Both the position numbers and the translations under genes were made by a program. Positions 1 to 13,986 of a DNA stretch of 64,000 nucleotides are shown here, in pieces (position 1 is the first letter of the stretch; every line of letters starts with the position of its first letter). Source of the DNA: Auanema rhodensis. Taxonomy: Eukaryota > Animalia > Nematoda. The stretch spans positions 16,554,001 through 16,618,000 of the forward strand of contig OZ059894.1 of assembly GCA_964057225.1 (NCBI GenBank), given 5' to 3'. The notes beneath the pieces are model-generated. The model was not told the origin of the DNA. It did no database searches and saw only the letters and a list, made by a program, of their open reading frames with translations.

Positions 1-774
1 CTTACAATGTTAAAACTCAACTAATCGCCCATGACAAACCCGTTCATGATATTGGTTTTAGTAAAATCCATAATGGAAGAGATCATTTCGCTACTGTTGG
101 TTAGTTTGTTAATTTTTACGTTGGATCTTAACATATGTTTGTACAGGAGCTGATGGAAGTGCACGTATGTTCGATTTACGACATTTAGAACATTCTACCA
201 TTGTATACGAAGATCCTGGCAAAAACCCTCTCATGAGATTAGCTTGGAATAAGCACGAACCATGTCATCTAGCAACATTTGCTCAAGATTCCGTTGAAGT
301 TTGAATTGCTATTTAGACTTTTATTTATTTTTCCGAATTTAAAGGTTGTGATTATTGATATTCGGCAACCGTGTCATCCCCTAGCCAAATTGAAGAACCA
401 CAGTGGTGCAGTGAATGGAATAGCATGGGCACCTCACAGCTCTCATCACATCTGCACAGCAGGTAATTCTTGGAACATTTTTTGTTTTGAATTTCCAATT
501 AAACATTTTTATGTTAAGCTCTTGTTGGTAAAATTTAAAAAATTTGTTTTAGGTGATGATTCCCAAGCATTGATTTGGGATTTGACTGTTATGCCTAGGC
601 CAATAGATGATCCTATTTTAGCTTATTCGGCTCAGGGTGAAGTAAGTTGATATTCCAATTTATTTTTTTATAATTTTTCCTTCTTTGAAGGTAAACCAAG
701 TTCATTGGGGTGCTGCCCATAGTAATTGGATTTCCATTTGCTTTAACAAATCTCTGGAAATTTTGCGTGTATAG
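1..774 (+). CDS. swan-1: WD40 protein of the DCAF7/WDR68/AN11 family, 5' part outside window (SWAN-1-like)
   Basis: Five spliced exons give ...[54 protein letters not shown]...[27 protein letters not shown]...DPILAYSAQGEVNQVHWG...WISICFNKSLEILRV*, stop TAG 772-774. These are DCAF7/AN11 signatures; the [16 protein letters not shown] segment matches remembered C. elegans SWAN-1. Confidence 0.9.
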
Positions 775-1375
775 AAACTCTAGTCCACCTTATTGCAGTT
801 AAATAGATTTGAGTTCACTATTTCCCTGTTTTTCTTTTTCTCTTTGTGGGATTTGTGAATGCTCTTGTTATCTCTTTATATGAGTATCACTTTTCATGCA
901 TTCCTTATCTTTGAAGTATTTTGTTCTAACCTAATTTTGTGATTTTCTTCATTTTTACCCATTTTGCACATATTCTCGGTTTGTGACCGTTATTAATCGA
1001 TTTGTTCCAAACTCTACTAAATTGAAAGCAATTTGTATGTATTTTCCTGTTATTCCGCTTGAAGTTATCTCGTTTAAGTTTGACATTTTACATGTACATA
1101 TAATTTATTACACTTCATTCTTATTTATTTAAGCGAGGTTTGTGCCTCTAGAAATACTTTACATCTATTACCTTAATTTTTTGTTTTATCTTTATCCGTT
1201 TTTAGTCTTTTTCATCGTAGTCGCTTTCCTCGTAAAGAACATTGAGAAAGAATGTGGTGCCGGAAGATTGTGTGCTTATAAGTTTTCTCTTTTTAACGGA
1301 AATAGGTAGATTTTTTGTTTAATAATTTAGTTATTATAATTATTTATTTAGCTTATTTTGTTGTTATTATCAGGT

Positions 1376-3459
1376 ATGGACAAAGCACCGTCTCTTTCGT
1401 CCCAGTCTCATTTTGGGCATATAATTCCTCCAGCTGGTGTGCAACCAGGTACGTTTTTTCATATATTAGTAACCAGTTGTTTTGCTCAGTATTTATTCTT
1501 AAAAGAATGTATTAACAATTGCCAAATAAGTTAATACTGCCGTCCGTATGAATTTGTTTAATTAAAAAAAATACTCTTTGAAAACGTGAGCCAAGCCAAT
1601 TTGATTAAGAATTTTCGAAGAGTCTTTTAAAGTTCTTTATAATTAAAATTGTGAATGTTCAGCTAATTATGTTATTGAAAATTTTATTTTTAGGAAAAGG
1701 AGGGCCTTCTAACTACCATCCTGTTAGTTCCTCACTTTTACAATCCACAAAATCCAGTACCCCAACCGCAGAAGCAGAAGTTGCGCCCAAGGTTCATTGT
1801 GTTTTTTTTTCAAATTTATCGTTATTCTTCAATATTTTAGACGGGAGATTCAGCCACAGTAGCAGAACAATCTCCTCGTGAAGCAGCTCCGGCAGATCTT
1901 TCGACTGTGATAGCTAGTTCAACCCCATCTGTAACAACAGCGAATACTGTCCCTTCTACGACATCGAGTACTCTAACAGTTACTACTCCTTCTGTTCCAA
2001 TTACTACTGCAACAACAACATCCGTATCTTCCGCTTCGTTATCAACAAAGGATGAAGATAAGAAAAAGGTTTGAATTTTTTGTTTTTTTTTTGTAATAAG
2101 GAGAAATATATGGTTCTTCAGGAAATATATGGTTTCGATGCTCCATTCACTTTGTTTTCTTCTACCTGGAGTTGTGCTACAGATTCGCAACGTCGGTTTC
2201 GGTTAGCAGTTAGTAGTTTTATTGAGGAATACAGTAACAAGGTTTTTAAGAGTGAATAAGAATTATATTGTAATTTCCGTTTTTCCAGATATCTATCGTT
2301 CAGCTAGATGAAGATGCAGGTGAACTTGTTCTTCGAAGTTCATTTGATCATCCTTATCCTGCTACAAAGCTTATGTGGATTCCTGATAATAAAGGAAACT
2401 ATCCTGATCTAATAGCAACTTCGGGGGATTATTTACGTCTTTGGAGGGTAAACATTTCATTCTAATTCATATTCTTGAATATGAATTTATAGATTGGAGC
2501 AGATAATCAAGCTAAAATAGAAGCGTTACTAAACACTAATCGTACTGCGGAATATTGTGCGCCTCTCACTAGTTTTGATTGGAATGAATTGGATTTGAGT
2601 CTGTTAGGAACCAGTAGCATTGATACAACTTGCACGATTTGGCAATTAGAGGTAAATATTTAATATTTTATTTTGCTTATTGAGTTATTATAAGACTGGA
2701 CAAGCTCTTGGCACGGTTAGAAGTCCTGTCGATGGATCTGTTAGAATGCAGCTAATTGCACATGATAAGGAGGTGTTTGATATTGCTTTCAGCAAGGTTA
2801 ACAAAGATATATTCGGTAGTGTTGGTAAGTTTTACTTTCTCAGATTAGTTTTGAATACAAAATCAATATAGGTGCTGATGGCAGTGTTCGGCTTTTTGAC
2901 TTAAGACATTTGGAGCATTCAACAATTGTTTTCGAGTCCACAAATAAGTCCTCATTATTGCGTTTGGCTTGGAATCGAAACGATTATAATTATTTAGCAA
3001 CATTTGCTAGTGGAAGCAATGAAGTTTCAAATTTTATCCTTTTCGTTAAATTTAATTATATTTCTTAGGTTTTGATTTTGGATATGAGAGTGCCTTGTAC
3101 TCCTGTAGCTAGGTTATCGAATCATAAAGCTTCCATAAATGGAGTATCTTGGGCGCCGCATTCTAGCAGTCATCTTTGTACCGGAGGTTTCAATTTTTAT
3201 TACGCAAATTTTTTAATCGTGAAATATGTATTAAGCTGATGATTCTCAAGCTCTTATATGGGATGTACATGAAATGCCTCGACCTGTTGATGATCCTATA
3301 TTGGCGTATCAAGCCGGAGGAGAGGTAAAGCTGATTTTCTTAAACGCATCTACAAAAAGTAAATTGATATTCTAGGTTAATCAAATTCATTGGTCTACCG
3401 CATACCCTGACTGGATTTCAATATGCTACCGGAATCGGCTAGAAATTTTGCGTGTATAG
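1376..3459 (+). CDS. swan-2: Second DCAF7/AN11-family WD40 paralogue with Ser/Thr-rich N-terminal extension (SWAN-2-like)
   Basis: ATG 1376 (MDKAPSLSSQSHFG...), low-complexity S/T exon 1840-2068, then FRLAVSSFIEEYSNK, FDHPYPATKLMWIPD...[74 protein letters not shown], ending LEILRV* (TAG 3457-3459). The family call is firm; the swan-1 versus swan-2 label is from memory. Confidence 0.88.
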
Positions 3460-4559
3460 TAATATAAGATTATCGATGATAATCTTCAAAAAAGGTAATA
3501 CTGATGCAATATAATTCATATCGTTTTGATTTTGTACATCTCATAATTCGCATGTCATTTCATGTTCTGTGCTATACATGACTTTCTTATTTCATTTTTT
3601 TATTGTGCCTATACAGCATAGTTTGAGATTTCCACACGCAAATATCTTTCTTGTAACTTAGTAATTATTTTAAATATTGTTTTATGAAATTAATTATATA
3701 ATCTCTAGTATGTGTCGAATCATTTATGACAGAATTCTATTGCCTTATACAAAGTGTCTCTATTTGCTCACATTTTGAGAATTCACTCTCATATTTAAAT
3801 CCAAGTGCTCTTACTTTTGAGTTCCGAGTTTTTCGTTATTTATTACCAAGCTCACAGCACGTTTTCGTGATCTTATCTATGCATATTTACTGTTTTTGAC
3901 GGTGTTGTTGTACAGTTCTATGAGAATACTGTTTATTTGATGTCGTGCTTGTGTGTTAGCAGAATTGTTTATTAATAATATAGTTTCCTGTAAATGTTTG
4001 AGCCCTCATTTTAATTATTTTTATATAAAGGAAGAAATGGTAAAACAAATAATGAATAAGCAAACTCTATTTAATACTTAATTTAATAATTAAATTTTTA
4101 GCTTTATTATAAATAGCAAACAGATTAACTTAATAGAAAATTCGATTAAAATAATGAAACAATTTTAGCTTTCTACGTATAGAATACAGTTGTAAAACAT
4201 GATTAGTAGCATATTCTGTATACTGATAATGATATAAACATTTGAAACAAACTCAATTCGTATTTACCAATCAGTAATAACACATGTAGTGTACAAGTCT
4301 ATTTTTTCAAAATTCTTTTATACATCTTTAGTTGTTCACAATAGTTCTTTATAGGATCATTCGGCACTTCCAACTCGAATCAATTTAGAATCTTCTCAGT
4401 GATTTACTTAAGTTTCTAAAACAATACTCACCTTGCGAACTATTTCTAAAGTTTCAAATTTGAAAGTCTGGCTAGATCTGTAAGTTAGGATTCGATACCC
4501 TAGCATTGTATAAATTCCCTGAATCAGAGAAAAGAGAGGAATTAATGCCGCCAAAATTC

Positions 4560-4610
4560 CATGCCCCCGTGCCATATGCGCGCAAAAAAGAGGGCGGAGT
4601 TTTTTTCTTT
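4560..4610. promoter_or_regulatory. GC-rich promoter patch upstream of npp-19 (GCGCGC and GGGCGG box)
   Basis: catgcccccgtgccatatgcgcgcaaaaaagagggcggag lies in AT-rich DNA ~200 bp upstream of the acceptor-like TTGTAG at 4791-4796 and the ATG. Confidence 0.4.
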
Positions 4611-4798
4611 TGCCTTTGAAATTTTGATACTGTTCTAGCTCTCGTTATTTATAACTTTCTTATTTTAATTTTAATATATTTAATAATAGCGAATTTAAGT
4701 TGTATGTGGATTATTTTGTTATTTTTATTTTAAATATAAAATTCTTCAATAATTTTGAATATACAACAAATCAAATCGAATTCTAATTTTTTGTAGAC

Positions 4799-6279
4799 AT
4801 GTATTCGTCCAACCTTTCACAATCTGCTAACCCTGAACAACAAATGGATACTTCACGATTTTTATCAGAGTCAACGTATGTCGATTGTTTAAATAGTCTT
4901 TGTAGAATTATAATAGCAGATTTTCTCAAATAAAACCTGAAGATTCTAACAAAAATGGCTTTTTGTTTGGAAATAAACGAAGGATGCCTGTATCTGCTGC
5001 GAATTGTGAGTTATATACATATTTTTTTAGTACGTCTTTTTTTTAGTTTTGAATACTTCGGGAAATGTTGGAGCACCTTCAACTGATATTTTTGCTTCAC
5101 CCGCACCTTCGGCCCTTCCTGCTCATGTTCGAGGTAAGTTATTATATTTGATTGAATGTAAATTGATTTGTAGACACCACGACAAGCAGTGCTAAGTCGG
5201 TTCATTGGTCTCCCTCTTTAGTACAAGAAGAGAAGACAGGAATAATAACTGCTTCACCTGTTCCTAAACAGTCTATTAATCACATTTCGAACTATTCAAG
5301 TCCTTCAATGAACGGTTTTTCTAAAATTATTAATTCTCTTCATTCCATTTAATTCAGGACCTCCCCTTCGCTCTTTGAAAGATGAAGTAGAACCTGTGAA
5401 GAAGGCTGCAAGAAGATCCATGAATGTTCCAGTTAACACTTCTCAAAAGTAAATCTGATGTTTGTACATTATCTTACGGGTCTTAACTTCAGGCTTTCTA
5501 CTAGTTTTACCAATGATAGCCCCGTTAGCAATGACACAGCTTCAGATACTTGGGTAACTGTTTTCGGTTTTCCGAGCGAACAAGCCACTAATGTTCTCAA
5601 ATACTTTTCACGTCATGGTGAAGTTGTCAGCCACCAGGTCTGCCACTTTGAATATATTTATTCTATTTCTAATGTATAGATTCCAAGAAAAGGAAATTGG
5701 TTACACATTAAATATTCCTGTACGGTTCATGCCAGGCAGGCTTTGTCTCGTAATGGATGTATTTTGGACGGGATTTTAAGAGTAGGAGTAGTTCCATGTA
5801 CTGAAAAGGTAATAAGCAATTCGATATGTGTTTTAGAAATAACCTTTTCAGGATATTATTGGAAGCGAAGCTAATCGTACTATATCTTCTGCCAATAAAG
5901 TTAGTATTGACCAACCTATTAGAGAAGAGCCTGAAATTGAGCAACAACAACAACAACAACACCAACCACAGCAACCACAGCAACAGGCTCCTCTATTTGA
6001 ACGGGATCAAAATATAAGTAATCTGGAAACATCTATGAAGTAAGTTATGAGAACTTGATGTTTTTTAACGTTTGAATTCTTTATCAGTATGTCTCGCTTT
6101 GGTTCAATTTCACGGTCTGGTATGAGATCCCTAGCTTCTTCATATGAAGTTAGAGGAGGTAGTTTAAGAGTAAGTTTGATATTAATACGAACTATTCACG
6201 AATATAATCGTTATAGGTTTCACAACCTGTTAAACAGGAATCAATTATAAACAAAATATGGAGCGCTGTTGGATTTTAG
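4799..6279 (+). CDS. npp-19: Nucleoporin Nup35/Nup53
   Basis: ATG 4799 after TTGTAG; GPPLRSL motif; Nup35-type [61 protein letters not shown]...VGVVPCTEK; MRSLA motif; C-terminal amphipathic helix [12 protein letters not shown] (TAG 6277-6279). Confidence 0.9.
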
Positions 6280-6733
6280 TTTGTTTCTTTGAATATATAT
6301 GATACTTTGTTCGGTTATATTGATGATTGCATATATAATGAAATAATTGACTCATTCTTTGCTTATTGAATGTCGTAAATTAAGAATTTTACTGCTTTTT
6401 GTTATTTTGTTTTATTTATTCTGAAATCACAAACTAAATGGTTGGATAAGATGTAGGTTAATCTTGCTATCAATAATTGAAACCCTATCAAGCTAGCAGA
6501 TATATTGAATAAAATGAAATTTAAAAGATATCATAGAAAAGCTAAAGAAACACCAACAACTTTGTAAATATATGAATAAAACAATTCAATTTTATTTTAG
6601 TTTTTATTAAATGAATTTCGATGGATGTTTCTCACCTGATATCAGCACGTTATCCTTATCAATACCTAAACTCTGGGAACAGAAGGTCTGTATCGAAAAA
6701 CAGTTTGTTATCGACTGCCCTCTAATATATATT

Positions 6734-7977
<1,244 letters not shown>

Positions 7978-8330
7978 CGCTTTAAATGCCATTTATTCTC
8001 TATAGAACTTATGTTTCATCAAACTATATTAGGAGAAAACATAATCAACGTGTAAGTATTCATAATCCAATTATTTTTGTCATTTATTTTCCTAACATGA
8101 TATGATGTATGATTTACATATAAATGTAATCATCATCATCTAATTTGAAAAAATAAATTTGATATATTCTCTCTATCTACCACTTTCAAAGAGAAATGAA
8201 AATAGAAAGCTTGTATCAACATTTTTTGACAACAGGAACGTCAAGAATTCTAGAAACACATGGCAAAATGAGAAGAAAGCTAGAACTTAAGCATCGCCAA
8301 CTCACAATCAAATAGATGGTAAAAATATTT

Positions 8331-8347
8331 CGCTCCCGGGTGGGCTC

Positions 8348-8383
<36 letters not shown>

Positions 8384-8403
8384 GCCTATTGCGCCACGGA
8401 AGC
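8331..8403 (-). tRNA. tRNA-Asn (GTT)
   Basis: Reverse complement GCTTCCGTGGCGCAATAGGCAGCGCGTTCGGCTGTTAACCGAAAGGTTGGTGGTTCGAGCCCACCCGGGAGCG: 73 nt cloverleaf, anticodon GTT, A and B boxes, T-run downstream. Confidence 0.97.
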
Positions 8404-8900
8404 ACATCACCTCAGGCTCTAATTATGTTATTGTTCAAAAACTGATATTCCTATCTTAAGTTATTATACTGAAACACTTGAACATACCGATTATGTATCT
8501 GTTCATATTCGTCAAAGTGTCAAAATAAGAGGCGAAAAAGCATATTAGGACAAACAAAACAGAAGCTTCAAAGGAAAACAGGTATGTGCTGCGTGAAAGT
8601 TCACGTGAACTTTGAAGGAATATCAGTGCAAGTTCAAGCAAGTTTTGAGTTATCCAAATAAAGTATTGAGGAATTAAAAAAAATTTTTATTAATTATTAA
8701 ATTATCATTATATTATAATAAATGAATACAAATATATTTATAAAACAACAAATGTTGAAAGACACAATATAAGATGAAAAATACTTTTTCTATAATTATA
8801 TTCTTTTATAGTTAATACCCTGAGTTCACAAAGAAGGCTTCGAACATAAGAAAAATTGAAACGAATTGCCCGTCGTATATTTTGATTAAAAAATAAATTT

Positions 8901-11735
8901 TTATCGTAAAGCTGATAGTGTGCTGAATACACTTGCCATACTAATTCTTCGACTTCCGTCTAAACATGAAGATATAATAAGAAAATTTTTATAAAAGAAT
9001 GTTTACTTTCTCCACATTGACTAGGAATTTGAAGATAATTACTATCCTCATCTCCCCACCATTTTTTGGTTCTAAATCGAATTGATTTTGACATAGCTGC
9101 TAATCCATAATTATGTTCGGCTGATACGCAAATGATATATCTAAAATAAATTTTTTCCAAAAAAATAAGAAACAACAACAAAAAAATTTTGAACCTGGTT
9201 CCCGGTAATAAGTCAGTTAATGTAAATCTTGTTGATTGTCCAACTTTATATCGGTTCCAATAAGGGAATTGAGGAGCTGGTTCTTGAGCATATTGTATAA
9301 CATAACTCTTAAATTATAATTAAAATAGTTTAGAAAGTGATATATAATATGTAATACCTCTGGGCCATTATTCATCTTTGGTGGCCTCCACGATATAGTT
9401 GCTGTCTCACTACTTACAGCATCTAAGCGTACTGATTGAGGCACTGTGCAAGGTTCTGAAACAGATAAAAGTATAAACAATATTAAATCCAATAAAGGAT
9501 ATCTTAGTAACCTGTATATTCCTGTGTCCTTGCTGGCTTACTACTTCCATATCGAGTAGTTGTTGAAACACTGAATTCATATAGTGTGAATGATTTTAAT
9601 CCAGTTACAAGATATTTCTCAGCATTAATGAAATCAACAACAACAACATTACATCTTCGTTGAGGTGTTCTTAATAGAAAAAGTTTGTTCAAGTTGGGAA
9701 AATATCATAATAATCACCTCGTTTTGAATGTTAATGTATACCAATATCGTTTACCTTCTTCTACATATACTGGAGGTTTCCATCTTAAAATATTTGAACA
9801 AAAGTAATTATAACATAACTGTTGATTATGATTCTAACCTTAAAAGAACAGAATCAGCTGTAGCATTTGATGCAACAATATTCCGAGGAGATTCTGGAGG
9901 TGGTGGTAAACTAGGATCTTCAAATGTTTCATATGTAGTTAAATGTTTAAAAGCTATAAAGAAATATATTTAAATTTAAATTAATATTATTCAATAATAA
10001 TACTTGTGAATCGAATATGATGAAGAGCTGTTACAGTTTCAAATAATTTTCTCATAGCTTCACGTTTCATAGCTTCGATACGTTTTTGTTGAACAGCTTT
10101 AAGCCATGATAATGGGTCCTAGAAAAATATTTAAAGTTTAATAAAACATAAAAAAATAAAAATACATCATCTAATCGTCTACCAAAGAAGTGTAGACGAT
10201 CAATGTAATATGCTCCAACTACATCAACACATGTCGTTGTTAATACAAGTCCAATTAAGATTAAAATCAATATTAATAATATGAAAGCATCATTACGAGG
10301 TACTAAGTCTAGAAATAAAATAAAATTTAATATTCTTTACAAATATTATATAGATTATATTAGATAAATACCTCCAAATCCTATAGTTAACACACTCATC
10401 ATTACAAAGTAAAACCCATCTGATGTTGTCCAATTTTCTACAGAAGCTATAACATAGGATGAAAGAGCTATATATGCTAATAATATTCCTATAATTAATA
10501 TATAAATTTAATAGAATTTTAATATTATTTTGATTTATTAACCTATTACTAAGACAAATGGTACTTCAACAAACTGAGCATGCTCAAGATGGGTCCACAG
10601 AAATTCAGCAACCTAACAACATTTTGATTTCAATTTCAACAAAATAATTTGTGAATGTTATACCTCATCTTCACCACCAGCTATAATAACTTGTCCAATA
10701 CGTACTGAATCTCTTCGTAATCTACCCGCTCTCCATCGTTTAAATTTTCGTTTAATTTGAAATTTACATTTCAAAACTTCTGTATACGTTCGATTCATAA
10801 ATTCAGTACAGAATTTGGCCTAGAAGTTTGAAAATAATGTTTTCAAATATGAAAACTTATTACTAAATCGGCTAATGTTATCAAATATAGTGGAATTCCA
10901 AAGAAAAGATAGAATAAGCAGAATAGACGACCAGCAGTAGAATCTGGCGCATCAGTTCCATATCCAATTGATGTTAAGGTTGTTGCAGCGAAAAATAAAT
11001 TCCATGTTATATTAGATAATGGATATGATGTATCTGGTATATCCTATAAGAAAATAATTTTAAAATAAACTTGTTTAAACTTTTTTTTTAAAATTTACTG
11101 AAACATTCTGATTCCAGGCATATGGATAGCCTTCATAAACTTTATGAATATCTGATACATAAGATGAAAAACGTTTTTCTATTCTTGACAAATTTCGATT
11201 TGATCCATTCATTGAAGCTAGAAATTTAGTGAAATTGATTTTAGTTCTGAAATAAATTAAGATTTTTTCGTATTAAGAGCTATGAAACTAAGTTATACCT
11301 TTCTAATAGATCTGGATATTCTTCTGATTGATCAGAATATTTGATAACTGTGAGTATCCATCCTCCAAAAGCAGCATAAATGATTGAAACTAACAGTAAA
11401 GTTACATGTGGAAGTGCCAACCGCAGTACCTGAGAAAAGGATAGAAAAAATTAAATTTTAGTTATCCTAAGACTTTCTTTTTTGATTTTATTTTTCATAA
11501 AGTTTCAGTAATAACTATGTTAAATCTTTACGAAACTTTATTTGAAACGAACTATATTTACAAGTTAACTTACAGCTGTCTTAACTCGATTGTTCGACGA
11601 CCAAAGAGATGAATGGGATGAATGAAATAAGATAGAAGTAGAACGAGAAAGAAATGGAAGAGCAGGAAAAGGAGATGTAGAGTATTTTCGAGAATGGGAT
11701 GAGGAATAGATGATATTCTGGTCGTCTTCCAACAT
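8901..11735 (-). CDS. twk-30: TWK two-pore-domain (K2P) potassium channel with two C-terminal fibronectin type III domains
   Basis: ATG 11735; TM1 [21 protein letters not shown]; pore 1 [13 protein letters not shown]; pore 2 [15 protein letters not shown]; TM4 then [10 protein letters not shown]; in-frame exons continue to two FN3 repeats (PESPRNI...WKPP...[11 protein letters not shown]; PQSVRL...ISWRPP...[15 protein letters not shown]); ends FSTLSALR* at 8901. The symbol twk-30 is tentative, from memory. Confidence 0.88.
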
Positions 11736-13986
11736 CAGGTTGGTTTACTTTTAATCGTTTTCTTATCGATTTCTAAAACTTGGAGTACTAAGAAGGATTC
11801 TTCTCAAAATAGATGAGTCTAAAGAGGAATAGAAAACTGAGTATATCCTAAGCGAGCAATGCTTGGGAAGAACTAAGAAAAAAAAAGAGAAAGAAGAAGA
11901 AAAAGGAGAATCGAAAGCAATAAAGAAAGATATTCATTTGAATGACTGTCATGTAGTCAGCTTAACACCCCCCAAATAAAACAAAAAAACTTTATTCTAT
12001 AGACTATTATTTTATACATAAAATAGTATAATTTATTATGATTATACACATGGGAGATTGGTACAGTTGATAAAAACAGAAAGAAAAATGAGCAGATTAC
12101 GACAGAATATCGTATAAGATTGCTGCTTGACCATTTTTCCATAAACATTGAGAGAGAAAAGATACATCTTTTTCAATTTTTTCATATCAGCGTCTTCGAA
12201 ACATAGCTCTCATTCAAACTCAAATATGCTAATACATGAGAATAATGAGAGTGGCGACTATTTTTATTTTCAAAAGTACGATAGCAAAAAGCGGTTGCAT
12301 TTGACTATATTCAGTTGACTATAAGGTGGAGCATGAAACAAAGTTTTTACTAAAGAATATATAGTATACATACCAATTGTTTCGTTAAACCAAACTGTCC
12401 TGGAGTTAACTCTGAGAAGCGACACAAGCCGCTCTGCATCATGCCACACATCTCCAACGACAGTGCCGGGCTTAAACGACCCGTTTCTAGAAGAATTCAA
12501 GTAATATCGGAATTGAGAGAGTTTTCAAATAAATTTCATTTGAAAACAAAAATCAATTGAATATAAAAAACATAAAATGAAAGGGAAATTATGCTAAATA
12601 TAAATTATATTTTGTATAATTTTAAACAAAAAAAAAAAGAACTTTTCTTTTTATCATTATCTCGATTCAAAACTTAAAAATACAAAATATATGAAAATTA
12701 TTAATTTAGAATCGAACATATTGGAAAGAATATGAAATACTTAATATAGAAAGATTAAAATAAAGAGTAATGAAGAGAAGTCAAACCAGGTCGTCGTTGC
12801 ATGTGGTGAAGAAACATCCAGAAGTAGAAGTAGAAGTTCTCCTGGGAAATCTGGGATACAAATTAAACGATTGCTCAAGACGAGAGAAAGCAGAACAAGT
12901 TCATTGTCTATGTATTGGCATCGGACACAGATGAAGGAAGCTTTCACCAGAAAAACCTTGAACCAATCGTCTAATTTGGTAAAAATGCTGAGATATTGCT
13001 ATAGCACACCTGAAACTTTGAGCGACACATCTTGCAGTTGCAGAGGAAATATAAGCAAAATATAGATAATAACAAGGAATATTAAAGATAAATATTATTT
13101 TATTTTTTTAATTATTTGGATAACAAAGTATGAAAAACAGTATGAATGTGTAGAAATAAGACTAGATTATTGGACACATCGTGAAATATGCAAGCGAGAT
13201 AATCAAAGCAAATCTACATCAGCAGCTACATGTACATATGTGGTGTGAGTAGTAGCTGGATGAAATTTTTTGAGATAAACATAAATTTTTTTTCAAGTAA
13301 TCTATAGATCAAATATAATAAAAATATAAAATTAAAGAGTAAATATGCTAAATTTATGAATTTATTATATTATATTAACAATAATTTGTAATAAAAACAA
13401 TGAAAAAGCTCGTACGTGCAAGAAGGTAAAGAATACACATTTTTGGGTTCGGAAACAGAGAGACTATGGAAGAGAAAGCAGGACGGATGCCAATAATCCA
13501 ATAAGAGCAAGAAGAATTTCCCGTGAACACACACCATAGCAGAGTGAAAGCCATCATTGAAAAATAGAACAGAAAACTACAAAGTAGCCAACGATTAGGT
13601 ACGAGAAGTGACCACAATGTCCAAATATGGCACTGATTTCATTGAGAATTGTTTGGGGAAAATGAGATGTAGAATTATTCAGAATTCAAATAAATTTAAA
13701 TTTTTTGTATTTTTATTATGCAAATTATATTAATTATATAAAAGTTATTTATGAAATATTTTATTAAAAATAAGAATGTATTTAAAAATAAGTTAAACTA
13801 TACATCTAGTAAACGAGATTGAAAAACCTCCAAAACAAAAAAAAAAGAAATTTAGACACCTGCAAATATCACACAATGGCAACAGTTTTATGAAGTGTAA
13901 ATGTATTATATATAATATTATAAACAGAAATTTAGAAAAAATATTTGTTATATCTTTGTATTTTCAATAAAAATTACTCGTAAAGG

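Noticed and set aside
4470-4506. TAGGATTCGATACCCTA resembling a tRNA T-arm / B box
   Set aside because: The B box is imperfect and no acceptor, D or anticodon arms can be formed.
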